DNA from: Candidatus Heimdallarchaeota archaeon
Lineage (GTDB): Archaea > Asgardarchaeota > Heimdallarchaeia > Heimdallarchaeales > Heimdallarchaeaceae
NCBI GenBank assembly: GCA_016840095.1
Contig: JAEOSZ010000099.1
Span: 1 to 64,000, forward strand
Length of the DNA: 64,000 bases
Reading direction: 5' to 3'
Every line of letters starts with the position of its first letter. Positions within the stretch are counted from its first letter, which is position 1. This document shows, in pieces, positions 29,642 to 39,609 of this stretch. The translations under genes and the position numbers were made by a program. The notes under the pieces are model-generated. The model made no database searches. It was not told where the DNA came from and was given only the letters and a program-made list of their open reading frames with translations.

Positions 29642-30064
29642 ATGAATCAGATTTCAATTACTTGTCATGGGCATGAGAATATTCTTTCTACTCACAAATC
29701 AACATTGGAATTCACTACAGATTCATTTCTTACATCAACTGGTGATTGTATTATTGGAGTAAAATCTTCTCTCAATTTAAGGAATCTACCTGATGAATTT
29801 AAAGATAAAATTAGATCTGAAAATAGCAGAATACGAATAATTCTTCAGATTGGTGAAAAGAAAGAAGAAATTAATGGATTTGGTCATTCATCTTTACAAT
29901 TATCTGATTCTAGAGCTATAATAGTTAGAAAGAGCTCTTTTGTTTGTCCTAAAACACTTGCAATTAATGCTGATAAGGCAGCTTGTGATATCTCTACTGA
30001 TATAATTAATTTGTTGAAAAATCCTAAAACAGAACTCAAAGTTTCTATTTCTGTTGAGGTATGA
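29642..30064 (+). CDS. DUF371 family protein
   Basis: GHENILSTHKSTLEFT, GDCIIGV, IVRKS, ADKAA. Confidence 0.9.
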   Translation: MNQISITCHGHENILSTHKSTLEFTTDSFLTSTGDCIIGVKSSLNLRNLPDEFKDKIRSENSRIRIILQIGEKKEEINGFGHSSLQLSDSRAIIVRKSSFVCPKTLAINADKAACDISTDIINLLKNPKTELKVSISVEV

Positions 30065-31118
30065 CAGCTACTTCTAAACAAGCATGAATCTCTCTTGGAG
30101 CACTTTCTCTTATTTTTTCAAAACTAATGATTTCTTTAATTTGCCAGTCCTGTTTACTTAGTTTGTCTGTTAATATTTTCTCCATTTCTTTCAAAGAATC
30201 TGTATCAGAAACGAATTGATAGAAATAGATAATAGTTCCTGGTTTTGCAATTTTACATGCTACATCTATATAATCATGTGCTTTACCTGGTAAATTCATA
30301 ATTATTTTGTCTGCTTTAGGTAATGTGTCAACAACAAGTCTACAATCTCCATGTGTAGGAATTATCATCCCTTTAAGATTATTAATCGCAACAGATTTTT
30401 CTAAACTGATCAGAGCTTCTTTGTTAATATCGATTGCGTGAACAGTACATATATTATACTTAGTAATATGTAATGGAAACGAACCTACTCCTGTGAACAA
30501 ATCAATCACAATTTCTCCTTCTTTAACAAGATCTGCAATTCTCTTATGCTCATGTCCCAATCGAGGACTAAAATAAGAGTTACATATATTCACAGCTATC
30601 TTTACTCCGTGTTCAATATGAATTGTTTCGCATTTCATTTTTCCAGATAGATGTTCTATCTCTCGAATCCTTAACTCACCTGAAACTGCTGAAGCTTTAC
30701 GATAAACAGAATTTATTGACGGAAAAAGAGTAAGAAGTGCTTCTCCTAGTTCAAGTTTATAGGTAAGAAGATCTTCTGGGATATCAATTATCACAATATC
30801 TCCAATTATATCAAACGCTTTAGGAATCCTATCATGTAGATTTTCTGGTATAGATTCATTAACAGCTTCAAATAGATTATTAGGTTGTTTCTCTTTTTTA
30901 ACAAAACAGAAGGAATCAAGTATATACTTGAATTCAATTGCAACTGATTCTAAAACTTTCTTTAATTCTTCAATGGAAATAAGAACTGGAATTACGATAG
31001 CTTTTTCTTTTCTAATAAACTCTAGTTCAAGGTTTATGATACGGTGTTTCCTCAGAATGTTTAGTATGAATTCAGCACTAGAATACGGTACTTGAATTCC
31101 ACATGATTTGATTTTCAT
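30045..31118 (-). CDS. trm5: tRNA (m1G37) methyltransferase Trm5
   Basis: FDIIGDI, YFSPRL..E, DLFTGVGSF, IMNLP. Confidence 0.92.
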   Translation of the reverse strand: MKIKSCGIQVPYSSAEFILNILRKHRIINLELEFIRKEKAIVIPVLISIEELKKVLESVAIEFKYILDSFCFVKKEKQPNNLFEAVNESIPENLHDRIPKAFDIIGDIVIIDIPEDLLTYKLELGEALLTLFPSINSVYRKASAVSGELRIREIEHLSGKMKCETIHIEHGVKIAVNICNSYFSPRLGHEHKRIADLVKEGEIVIDLFTGVGSFPLHITKYNICTVHAIDINKEALISLEKSVAINNLKGMIIPTHGDCRLVVDTLPKADKIIMNLPGKAHDYIDVACKIAKPGTIIYFYQFVSDTDSLKEMEKILTDKLSKQDWQIKEIISFEKIRESAPREIHACLEVAVIPQQK

Positions 31119-31210
31119 TATCCATTTCCCTTAAAGAAAGCTTTTAAGACTTATTTCTATCTATTGAAGGTATACTTTGCTTGCAATATATTAGTGTAGT
31201 GTGATTTAGG

Positions 31211-32143
31211 TTGATTAAAGCAGTTCTTGTACTAAAGACCTCTGGTTCATGTAGATACTATAGAATCTATGATAAACTATGGTCAGCTGAAGAGAAGAAT
31301 GTGGAGGTAGTTAGTTATATTACTGCTGTAACATCAATCATTGGTGAGTTTGGAGAAACATCCCCCAAACTAATTGAATTTGGGAATAACGAGATAGTCT
31401 GTGAAGCAAAAGGTGAATATATTCTTACTATTGTAAAAGAAAAAGGAACTTTCGAATCTTTAGTTAAAAGAGTTAAGAAGAATTTTCAAGATAATTTCCA
31501 ACCTCTCGAAATTATTCAAGAAAGTCCCCATTGGATAGAGGATGATGATTTTCTTGAGAAGGAAAGGGAAGGAATATATCATTTCATGCGAAATCTAAAT
31601 TTAATAATAAACAAGAGAACAATCATCTCTCAAAGAAAAAAACCAACGATAGTAGATGTAGAAGATGATTTAGAAAAACCTCTACTCATACAAGATGTAG
31701 ACATGTTAATAACACTAGAGTCAGGACAACCTGTTTTTCTTATGCTAACATTATCACTCCCTTACGATGCTACACTAATTACAGCTTTCATGTCAGCTGT
31801 TCTTGACTTAGGAAAATCCATTGGGTTGGGAGAACTAAAAACACTAGAGAGTGAGAATATAATTATTTATGTTCAGAAAATTGAGAAAGCATTTACAGTT
31901 GTCATATCTCAGAACAAGGATTATAGGTCAGTTTATAGAAGATTCGCAGAGTTTGTAGCTGATCTATGTAATGATTGGCTCTACACAGAAGGAATAGAAA
32001 TAGATGAAGCTTTTCAGATTTTTGAAGAGAAAAAACATTTTGAAGAGATAATCAAGATTTTAATTGATACTGATACTTGGGAAAAACATCTTATCAAAGA
32101 GTGGGAGAGAGATTATGCAGAACATCAAAGAATAGAAAACTGA
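31211..32143 (+). CDS. Tandem longin-like domain protein
   Basis: Two repeats starting IKAVLVLKTSG and DMLITLESGQPVF, followed by the LITAFMSAV-type helix. Confidence 0.65.
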   Translation: MIKAVLVLKTSGSCRYYRIYDKLWSAEEKNVEVVSYITAVTSIIGEFGETSPKLIEFGNNEIVCEAKGEYILTIVKEKGTFESLVKRVKKNFQDNFQPLEIIQESPHWIEDDDFLEKEREGIYHFMRNLNLIINKRTIISQRKKPTIVDVEDDLEKPLLIQDVDMLITLESGQPVFLMLTLSLPYDATLITAFMSAVLDLGKSIGLGELKTLESENIIIYVQKIEKAFTVVISQNKDYRSVYRRFAEFVADLCNDWLYTEGIEIDEAFQIFEEKKHFEEIIKILIDTDTWEKHLIKEWERDYAEHQRIEN

Positions 32144-32202
32144 AATGAAAAAAAGTTAAATATACAGTTTCTATTTCTTTAATGTTATTCAAAGGTGAGA
32201 AA

Positions 32203-33345
32203 ATGTCAAAGAAAAGTGTGTGCTGGGTATTAGTTTTATTGATTTCTTCTATGTATTTCACAATGTCTATTGATGTATATTCAGCTGTTAATTTTGAAAG
32301 AATTTCTTTAAGAAAACAAATAATTAACTCACCACTTTATACAGATCCTATAATTATAACTTCTGATGATAATTTTACAGATTATGGTTTCCCTGGAAAT
32401 GGGACTGAGGAGACACCTTATGTTATTGAATCATTTGACATAGTAACCAATTCTAATACCGGTATTCATATTTATAACACAACAAAACACTTCATAATAC
32501 AAAATGGAATTGTTGAAGCAAACATAACATGTATAAGGATTGATAAAGTAAGAACAAACACAGCTACAATCAAAAATTGTTATTGTACAGGAGCTTCGAT
32601 TGGTCACATTGCTTATGGAATAGCAGTTCTTAATAGTGCAAAATGCGAAATATTAAGCAACGTTTGTGTAGGCAATAATGTGGGAATTTTCATATATTAT
32701 TCAGATTATGCGTTAGTAGAAAAAAATGAATGTTATAACAATAACTATGGTGGTATCGAATTATATTATGGTCAATTCTCGAATATATCAGAAAATTATC
32801 TCTCGATGAATGATTGGGCAGGATTAGAACTCGAAAGTTATTTCAATAGTAGTATTGAGAGAAATTATATTGGAAATAATCTTTATGGAATATATGGTGA
32901 TTATTATTTTGAGTCAAGCAAGGTGATATATAATCAAATAGTTGAGAATAAACGATATGGGATAAACCTAAGAAAGTGTAAGTATAATCTTATTCATCAT
33001 AATACATTCATTTCTAACAATTTGGATGGTTTAGGTAGAAGTCAAGCATATGATAATCAGGAAAAACTAACCAACATGTGGTATGATGAACAAGCTCAGG
33101 CAGGAAATTATTGGGACGATTTCAAGAATAAAGAACTTACTTATAAATACAAAATTGATTCAGGATTTACTGGTGAAAGAGCGTTTGATAAGTATCCTCT
33201 TAATGAAAATTTGGAACCGATTGAGCATATTTATACTAATCTAGTACTAGGTATAGTATCGTTCACATACCTAATTCTTCTAGTAATTTTTACATCCTAT
33301 AAAGTGAAAAAAAGGAGACATTCAAATAAGAATTTAAAGATTTAA
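32203..33345 (+). CDS. Secreted right-handed beta-helix (NosD-like) protein, C-terminal TM anchor
   Basis: Signal peptide, PGNGT..PY.I, N-x-GI repeats, GNYWDD, D.YPL; GGTGA RBS. Confidence 0.88.
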   Translation: MSKKSVCWVLVLLISSMYFTMSIDVYSAVNFERISLRKQIINSPLYTDPIIITSDDNFTDYGFPGNGTEETPYVIESFDIVTNSNTGIHIYNTTKHFIIQNGIVEANITCIRIDKVRTNTATIKNCYCTGASIGHIAYGIAVLNSAKCEILSNVCVGNNVGIFIYYSDYALVEKNECYNNNYGGIELYYGQFSNISENYLSMNDWAGLELESYFNSSIERNYIGNNLYGIYGDYYFESSKVIYNQIVENKRYGINLRKCKYNLIHHNTFISNNLDGLGRSQAYDNQEKLTNMWYDEQAQAGNYWDDFKNKELTYKYKIDSGFTGERAFDKYPLNENLEPIEHIYTNLVLGIVSFTYLILLVIFTSYKVKKRRHSNKNLKI

Positions 33346-33445
33346 TAATCAAATAATCATAACCTCTAAGCATAGAAAGCTGATTAGGTAAAAAGTTAAA
33401 TATTCTCTTGCCACTTCTAGATGTTGTAAAACAGAGGAGAGAATT

Positions 33446-34753
33446 ATGCAGAAGAAATTCAGCTTATTTATTATTACTACACTAATTCTAAGTACTTTTC
33501 TTATAAACACGATTACCTTGTATTCAGAAGCTAACTTAGGAAGAAGTTCTTTTACAAAACCTGTAATCAATGCTCCACTCTATACTAACCCAATAAATAT
33601 CACAATGGATCTCGATTTTGATATCTTAGGGATTCCTGGAAATGGAACCGTAGATGACCCATATATAATTGAATATTTTAACATCACAACTTATGATTCT
33701 TATGGAATATATATAACTGGAACAACAAAACACTTCATAATACAAAATGGATATGTTGAAGCTCTTAATACTGGAATAAGAATAGTAAATGTAGGTCAAA
33801 ACACTACAATAGTTAGAAATTGTACTAGTTTTGGAAATACAAGACCATATTCTGGTTATGGTATTTATATCAATTCTGCAGATCAATGCAAAATAATAAA
33901 CAATACCTGTTCAGAAAATGATACAGGCATTCGTGTTTATCTTTCAGATGATGCAGTAGTTGAAAGGAATATTTGTTTTGTTAATGAGCTAGACGGGATT
34001 AAAGTTTCACTGTGTAATTTTGCTCAAATCAAAGAGAATACTCTTGTAGCAAATGATGATGAAGGTTTGGATCTTTATTTTGTTTTTAATAGTACTATAG
34101 AAGACAACATTATAAGTAACAATCGAAGGGGGTTATATCTTGATCATCCGCTTTTTAGTAATTTTACTCTTAATCAAATTGAAAGAAATGATATGTATGG
34201 GTTATACGCGGATGATATGAACTATTGCAACGTAACTTCTAATAGATTCGCAGAAAATGAAGGATATGGACTAGATCTTCATTATAGCGATTATAATCAA
34301 ATTTATCATAATAGCTTTATTTCTAATAATCTAGATGGCGAGAGTCAAGCTTATGATAATTCAATTGACTTAAGCAATTTCTGGTACGATCCACAAGCAG
34401 AAACTGGTAATTACTGGAATGACTTCAAAAATAATGGATTTTCTTACAAATACAAAATAGACGGAAGAGGAGAGGTTGATATGTTTCCTCTTAATGAGGA
34501 TATGGTTCCTTATGAACACATCTATAGTAATCTAGTTTTAGGTATAGTTCTGTTTACATACCTAGTTTTACTGACCGTTTTCTTCTACTATCGGATGAGA
34601 AAAGAAGAACTTCAACTAAGAATTCGAAGATATAAATATCGGAAGAAGCAGAGAGAGGAAAGACCATTCGACAAAGATTATGAAAAACTATTAGAGAAAG
34701 AATTCGACAAAGGTCGAGAAAAACTCTTTACAGAGAGTGATAAAAGATATTAG
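33446..34753 (+). CDS. Secreted right-handed beta-helix (NosD-like) protein, tandem paralog
   Basis: Same architecture with shared blocks (TTKHFIIQNG, SQAYDN, YKYKID, EHIY.NLVLGIV); longer charged tail. Confidence 0.88.
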   Translation: MQKKFSLFIITTLILSTFLINTITLYSEANLGRSSFTKPVINAPLYTNPINITMDLDFDILGIPGNGTVDDPYIIEYFNITTYDSYGIYITGTTKHFIIQNGYVEALNTGIRIVNVGQNTTIVRNCTSFGNTRPYSGYGIYINSADQCKIINNTCSENDTGIRVYLSDDAVVERNICFVNELDGIKVSLCNFAQIKENTLVANDDEGLDLYFVFNSTIEDNIISNNRRGLYLDHPLFSNFTLNQIERNDMYGLYADDMNYCNVTSNRFAENEGYGLDLHYSDYNQIYHNSFISNNLDGESQAYDNSIDLSNFWYDPQAETGNYWNDFKNNGFSYKYKIDGRGEVDMFPLNEDMVPYEHIYSNLVLGIVLFTYLVLLTVFFYYRMRKEELQLRIRRYKYRKKQREERPFDKDYEKLLEKEFDKGREKLFTESDKRY

Positions 34754-34881
34754 TGGTGAGCCTGGCCGGATTTGAACCGGCGACCGACGGATTTCTCCAC
34801 TCTTTTTTTGCTTAAGAGTCCGCTGCTTTAGGCGTTTACTGACGCATCAGTTTAAACTCTACCTAACTGAGCCACAGGCCC
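34754..34881 (-). tRNA. tRNA-Lys(CUU) with two introns (D-arm ~22/23, 31 nt; canonical 37/38, 20 nt)
   Basis: Removing 34858-34828 and 34812-34793 gives a 77-nt cloverleaf ending ACCA; both junctions form bulge-helix-bulge-type motifs. Confidence 0.93.
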
Positions 34882-34986
34882 ACCATTTGTTAGGTATAGT
34901 CACCTAATACCTTATTCATATAAAATTTTCTCTTCTCAACTCTTTAACCAAATAGATTTTTAAACAAGTTTCAGCTAAAATGGTTG

Positions 34987-35463
34987 ATGTCAACTGAAAG
35001 AGAAGTACCTGAATATGCTAAACCTGCTTTATATGTTGGAGCATTGATTCTCAGTTTTCTTGCAGCAATTCTGACTTTTGTTTCTGAGTTTGGGTGGTGG
35101 CAGGAAGGATATTCGTGGGGTTACGATTTTGCCTTATATGGTGAATTTGTTCCATGGTTTGGTAAATTGATACTTGTTCTATTAGGATTAGGTTTCTTAG
35201 GAGTTGCATTTCTTGCTTTACAACAATTATATCCTATTCTCAAAGTAGATGATGAAGTTCATGATAAACTTAGAAAATTAGGTTTTTTCCTAACAATAGG
35301 TATGATTGGACTGACTATCCTAGTTACAATTGTTTTTGTGGTTATGGTAAGCGATGCTTATGATTGGGATTTGGGAACAAGTTTCTATGGAAGTATTTTT
35401 GGTGGTTTGTTATCTGCTCTCTTCTTCTGGCTTGCGGGAAGAATCGAAATACCTGCTAAATAG
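34987..35463 (+). CDS. Four-TM membrane protein
   Basis: Four hydrophobic segments; Trp-rich loop after TM1; GTSFY before TM4. Confidence 0.8.
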   Translation: MSTEREVPEYAKPALYVGALILSFLAAILTFVSEFGWWQEGYSWGYDFALYGEFVPWFGKLILVLLGLGFLGVAFLALQQLYPILKVDDEVHDKLRKLGFFLTIGMIGLTILVTIVFVVMVSDAYDWDLGTSFYGSIFGGLLSALFFWLAGRIEIPAK

Positions 35464-35549
35464 AAGTAATCAATTAGTTTAAACATTAAAAGATTTAAAC
35501 TACCTTTCTATTTCTTTTTAGGAAAAATTCTATATTGTAGGTAAATTAG

Positions 35550-36944
35550 ATGAAAGAACTAGATTATTTTGCAAAACAGAAAGAACAATATCTAGATGAT
35601 TTATTTGAACTAATTCGGATTCCAAGCATAACTCGAGATCAAAAAGCTGTTCAAGAAGCTGCAAATTGGCTTGAAAAGAGATTAAAAGATTCAGCTGATT
35701 TTGTTAAACAGATTCCAACTCAAGGAAATCCTGTAGTCATCGCTGAATGGAAACCTCAGATTATTGAGATTTCTGCTAGTAAAGCACCTACTACTATTCT
35801 TTTCTATGGTCATTATGATGTTCAACCTCCTGATCCATTGGATAAGTGGCATTCCCCTCCTTTTGAACCAGAAATTAGAGAAGGAAGAATATTCGCAAGG
35901 GGTGTTGGAGATAACAAAGGTCAATTTTTTGCTCATATAGCTGCCATAGAAAGTGTGGTTAAGACTGAACAGTTACGTACACATGTCAAACTCATTTTGG
36001 ATGGAGAAGAAGAACTAGGCTCAGCTCATCTAGATGAAGCGATAAGTAAAGAAATAGACTTCTTTAGAGATGTAGATTTGGTTGTAGTATCTGATGGACC
36101 TGCTGATCCTACTTGGAAGCCAACCCTTGAATTTGGAGCTAGAGGAATTGTAACAATTCAGTTACATCTACAAACAGCAAAAGGTGATGTTCATTCAGGA
36201 AATTTCGGAGGTATCCAACCTAATCCCGTTTGGGATGTAATTACACTTCTAAAAACAATGAGAGATGATTCCGGGAAATGTCTAATCGATGGTTTTTATG
36301 ATGATGTTTTTACTCCCAGTGAAGCAGCTATTAAAGCTGTCAAAAATCTCAATCGTGACCCTGAAGTTTACAAAGAGCAGTTAGGTATTTCATATTTTGG
36401 TGAAGAACAAGATCAGCCTCTTGTTCATAAATTAATGTTCAGACCAACATTCAATATTCGAGGTATTGGTTCTGGAAGTGTCAAAGAAAAAGCAAGGACA
36501 GTTATTCCAAAGGAAGCGTATGTTGAGATAGATATAAGACTTGTACCAAATCAAGAACCAGAAAAAATCAAACAGCTTTTCTTCAATCATATTGATAGAT
36601 TGAAGGAAGAGAACGACCAGTACAAAAAGATACTAGAAAGATGTTCATTCAGATCTGAAACAAGTTTTTATCCTATGTTTACTCCTATAGAACTACCTTG
36701 GACAGAAAAACTTGAACGCTCTATACAGAATGGATATGGAGAAAAACCATTACTGATTCCTCTTGCTGGGGGGAGTCTTCCACTGTATTCTCTGTATAAA
36801 GCTACAGAAAAACCAATGTATATTATACCTTATGCCCAACCCGATGAAGATAACCATGCTCCTAATGAAAATCTGATGGTTGATTGGTTCTATAATGGAA
36901 TAAAAACAAGTATCTATCTATTAGCTGAGCTTGGGAGAGATTAG
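35550..36944 (+). CDS. M20 family metallo-dipeptidase
   Basis: YGHYDVQP, ARGVGDNKGQ, GEEELGS, HSGNFGG, HAPNE. Confidence 0.94.
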   Translation: MKELDYFAKQKEQYLDDLFELIRIPSITRDQKAVQEAANWLEKRLKDSADFVKQIPTQGNPVVIAEWKPQIIEISASKAPTTILFYGHYDVQPPDPLDKWHSPPFEPEIREGRIFARGVGDNKGQFFAHIAAIESVVKTEQLRTHVKLILDGEEELGSAHLDEAISKEIDFFRDVDLVVVSDGPADPTWKPTLEFGARGIVTIQLHLQTAKGDVHSGNFGGIQPNPVWDVITLLKTMRDDSGKCLIDGFYDDVFTPSEAAIKAVKNLNRDPEVYKEQLGISYFGEEQDQPLVHKLMFRPTFNIRGIGSGSVKEKARTVIPKEAYVEIDIRLVPNQEPEKIKQLFFNHIDRLKEENDQYKKILERCSFRSETSFYPMFTPIELPWTEKLERSIQNGYGEKPLLIPLAGGSLPLYSLYKATEKPMYIIPYAQPDEDNHAPNENLMVDWFYNGIKTSIYLLAELGRD

Positions 36945-36992
36945 TTATCTGGTGATGTAAAAGAATATTAAGGAGCTTTCTGAAGTGAAAGT

Positions 36993-37703
36993 ATGAATAC
37001 TGATATTCAACCTTTAAGGATAGTTATCACTGGAGGTTCAAGTGGAATAGGTGAATCTACAGCTTTTGAAATGGCTAAAAGTGGCCATAGTTTTTATTTA
37101 ACAGGTAGAAATGAAGAAAGGCTTTTACAAATTTGCAACGAACTTAAAACCCTTGGTTGTGAAGCTTACTATGGTGTGGGAGATGTGGGAGTAGAAGAAG
37201 ATGTAGAGAAACATTTTCAAGATGCTAAAGAGAAATTAGGTGGAGTAGATGTTCTTTTTGCAAATGCTGGTGTTGGCTATTTTGGAAATCTAGAAGATTT
37301 AACAATTGAACAATATGATGCTCAGTTTAATACAAATGTTCGAGGAGTATTTCTTTGGATTAACAAAGTTCTACCACTGTTAAAAGATCAAAACAAAGGG
37401 GATATAATTGTAACCTCTTCAAATTTAGGTTTGAAAACTGGGGCTAGATGCAGTCTTTATGCTGGATCTAAGCATGCTGTGCAAGCCATGGTGTGGTGTT
37501 TAAGAGATGAATTAAAAGGAACTGGAGTAAGAGCCGCAACTATCAACCCTGGTTCGGTAGATACTCCATGGTTCAATGGAAAGGATGTTAATAGATCTAA
37601 GATGCTAGCTGTTGAAGATATAGCTAAGGCTGTTCGCTTCATCATTGATCAAGATGAAACTTCAAACATAGATCATATCCTCTTATTGCCTGGTAAACAA
37701 TAA
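36993..37703 (+). CDS. Short-chain dehydrogenase/reductase
   Basis: TGGSSGIG, NAG, YAGSK, NPGSVDT. Confidence 0.95.
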   Translation: MNTDIQPLRIVITGGSSGIGESTAFEMAKSGHSFYLTGRNEERLLQICNELKTLGCEAYYGVGDVGVEEDVEKHFQDAKEKLGGVDVLFANAGVGYFGNLEDLTIEQYDAQFNTNVRGVFLWINKVLPLLKDQNKGDIIVTSSNLGLKTGARCSLYAGSKHAVQAMVWCLRDELKGTGVRAATINPGSVDTPWFNGKDVNRSKMLAVEDIAKAVRFIIDQDETSNIDHILLLPGKQ

Positions 37704-37726
37704 GAAAAATCCCTCTCTCTTTTTAC

Positions 37727-38293
37727 CTAAACAGCATATAATTTTTTGAGAAGAACCTCTCGAGATAGAGATTGAAATGCTCGCTTTACTCCAATTCCTT
37801 CAATAGCTATTGTTTCATAAACAGGAATATTGGTTCCCAAATTGAGAGAATCAACCAGTTCCTTCTTTGGCATAGCATCAGGGGCATCCCTTTTGTTAAG
37901 TGCAATGACTATAGGAATTTCTGTTCCTATTTTATCTCCCAATTCATTTTTCAGTTCTTCTGCAGATTCTACATTATCTGCTAGCATTGCTCGTGAGGAA
38001 TCTGCAACAAATAATAATCCATCCACTCCTTTCAACACCAGAGATCTTTGATGTCTATGTCTTCTTTGACCAGCTACTGTATATATGTCTAATATTACTG
38101 AAGAAGTAGCCATAAATGGGCTGAAATCAAAATAAATGGTTCTTCCAGAAGGATCTTCAATGCTATTTAATCCTCCTTTCTTAATTCCAGTAACATCTGT
38201 ATGAAGTTTCTTCAATAGCGTAGTTTTGCCTGCCAAGCTAGGTCCAACAAAGACTAGCTTAAAATGCATTTTTCCTGATGCGTCTTTTCTCAT
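37727..38293 (-). CDS. MglA-type small GTPase
   Basis: GPSLAGKTT, GRTIYFDF, YTVAGQ, FVADS, NKRD. Confidence 0.9.
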   Translation of the reverse strand: MRKDASGKMHFKLVFVGPSLAGKTTLLKKLHTDVTGIKKGGLNSIEDPSGRTIYFDFSPFMATSSVILDIYTVAGQRRHRHQRSLVLKGVDGLLFVADSSRAMLADNVESAEELKNELGDKIGTEIPIVIALNKRDAPDAMPKKELVDSLNLGTNIPVYETIAIEGIGVKRAFQSLSREVLLKKLYAV

Positions 38294-38340
38294 CTTTTCC
38301 TCATCAACTTTTCAATAATGTCTCCGTGTTTAAGGGTTAC

Positions 38341-38640
38341 TTAACTTTTTTCTCTTAATACAATTAGAACATAATCGTTTTCAGGAGCTACTAAGATTTC
38401 TCCATTGCTTGTATCTAGAGTGAAGAAATTCAACTCGCCTTCATTTAGTTCAGTAACTACTGCCTTTGCTCTTCCTACTAGTGATGCCACTAAAGCAGAC
38501 ACATTTTCTCTCATTTCCATACTGAGGTTTTGTGTGCTTGAAATTGGCAATCCATCGTTACTTGTAATTATTACTCCTCTTACTCCTGGATGCTTCTCCA
38601 AAGATTTTAAAGTATCTTCAAATTGTTTTTGTGATATCAT
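38341..38640 (-). CDS. Roadblock/LC7 protein, dynein light chain DYNLRB-like
   Basis: EDTLKSLEKHPGVRGVII...DGLPISST...EILVAPENDYVLIVL; AGGAG RBS before ATG 38640. Confidence 0.88.
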   Translation of the reverse strand: MISQKQFEDTLKSLEKHPGVRGVIITSNDGLPISSTQNLSMEMRENVSALVASLVGRAKAVVTELNEGELNFFTLDTSNGEILVAPENDYVLIVLREKS

Positions 38641-38847
38641 TCGATATTCTCCTTTAATTGGTACCAATTTATTAGTTTTTTAATTAAAGATATTAATTCT
38701 GTTATATACATATTATGAATCATTTTTAAAAACTTATGATAGTTTTCAATGTGTTTTCTAGTTAGTTTTATTGATTTTAGGTTATAAGATTTACAATTCA
38801 CCAAAATATACTTTAAGGTTAAGATTTTCTAGAGAATAACCGAATTA

Positions 38848-39546
38848 TTGGTCATGTTGTATCCTATGACGATTGATAAAGACATACTGGAAGAGAAGAA
38901 AAAGGTACTTTCTAAGCTTCGTTTTCATAGTATTGATTTAACAGATAGGATGGTAGAAGCATTTCTTAACGTACCTAGAGAAGAGTTTGTTTTGGAAAAG
39001 CATAGAGATCGAGCTTACATTGACACTCCTCTTCCAATCTTATCAGGACAAACCATAAGTGCTATCCATATGGTGATGATTTACATTTCCCCTAAATGTA
39101 CAGATCCAAAAATAGGTGATAAGGTTCTTGAAGTAGGGGCTGGTAGCGGATATAATGCTGCAATGTTTGCTGAAATGGTGGCACCTAAAGACACTTCCAC
39201 CCCAGGTCATGTTTATGCAAGTGAAATAATTCCAGAGCTTGCTGAGTTTGCAAAAACGAATATTGATAAAACAGGCTATTCGGATTGTGTAACCATTCTT
39301 CAATCAGATGGTGGATTGGGGTATCCTGAGGAAGCTCCTTATGACATTATCTCTGTTGCAGCAGCTAGTAAGAGGGTGCCCCCACCTTTGTTGAAGCAAC
39401 TGAAAATTGGAGGAATCCTAGTTCTACCACTTGGAAAAATGTTTTATCAAGAACTTGTCATTATTAAAAGAGAATCAGAAGAGGAATATTCAGAGAAAAA
39501 AATGGGTGGAGTTGCATTTGTACCCTTAACTGGAAAATATGGGTAA
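38848..39546 (+). CDS. pcm: Protein-L-isoaspartate O-methyltransferase
   Basis: VPREEFV, GQTISA, VLEVGAGSGYNAA, APYD, VAFVPL. Start may be 38866. Confidence 0.95.
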   Translation: MVMLYPMTIDKDILEEKKKVLSKLRFHSIDLTDRMVEAFLNVPREEFVLEKHRDRAYIDTPLPILSGQTISAIHMVMIYISPKCTDPKIGDKVLEVGAGSGYNAAMFAEMVAPKDTSTPGHVYASEIIPELAEFAKTNIDKTGYSDCVTILQSDGGLGYPEEAPYDIISVAAASKRVPPPLLKQLKIGGILVLPLGKMFYQELVIIKRESEEEYSEKKMGGVAFVPLTGKYG

Positions 39547-39609
39547 ATTCCTTCTTTTAGGCAAGTTTTTTAACTAAAATATAAAAATTAACATGCTAGG
39601 CGAACACTT

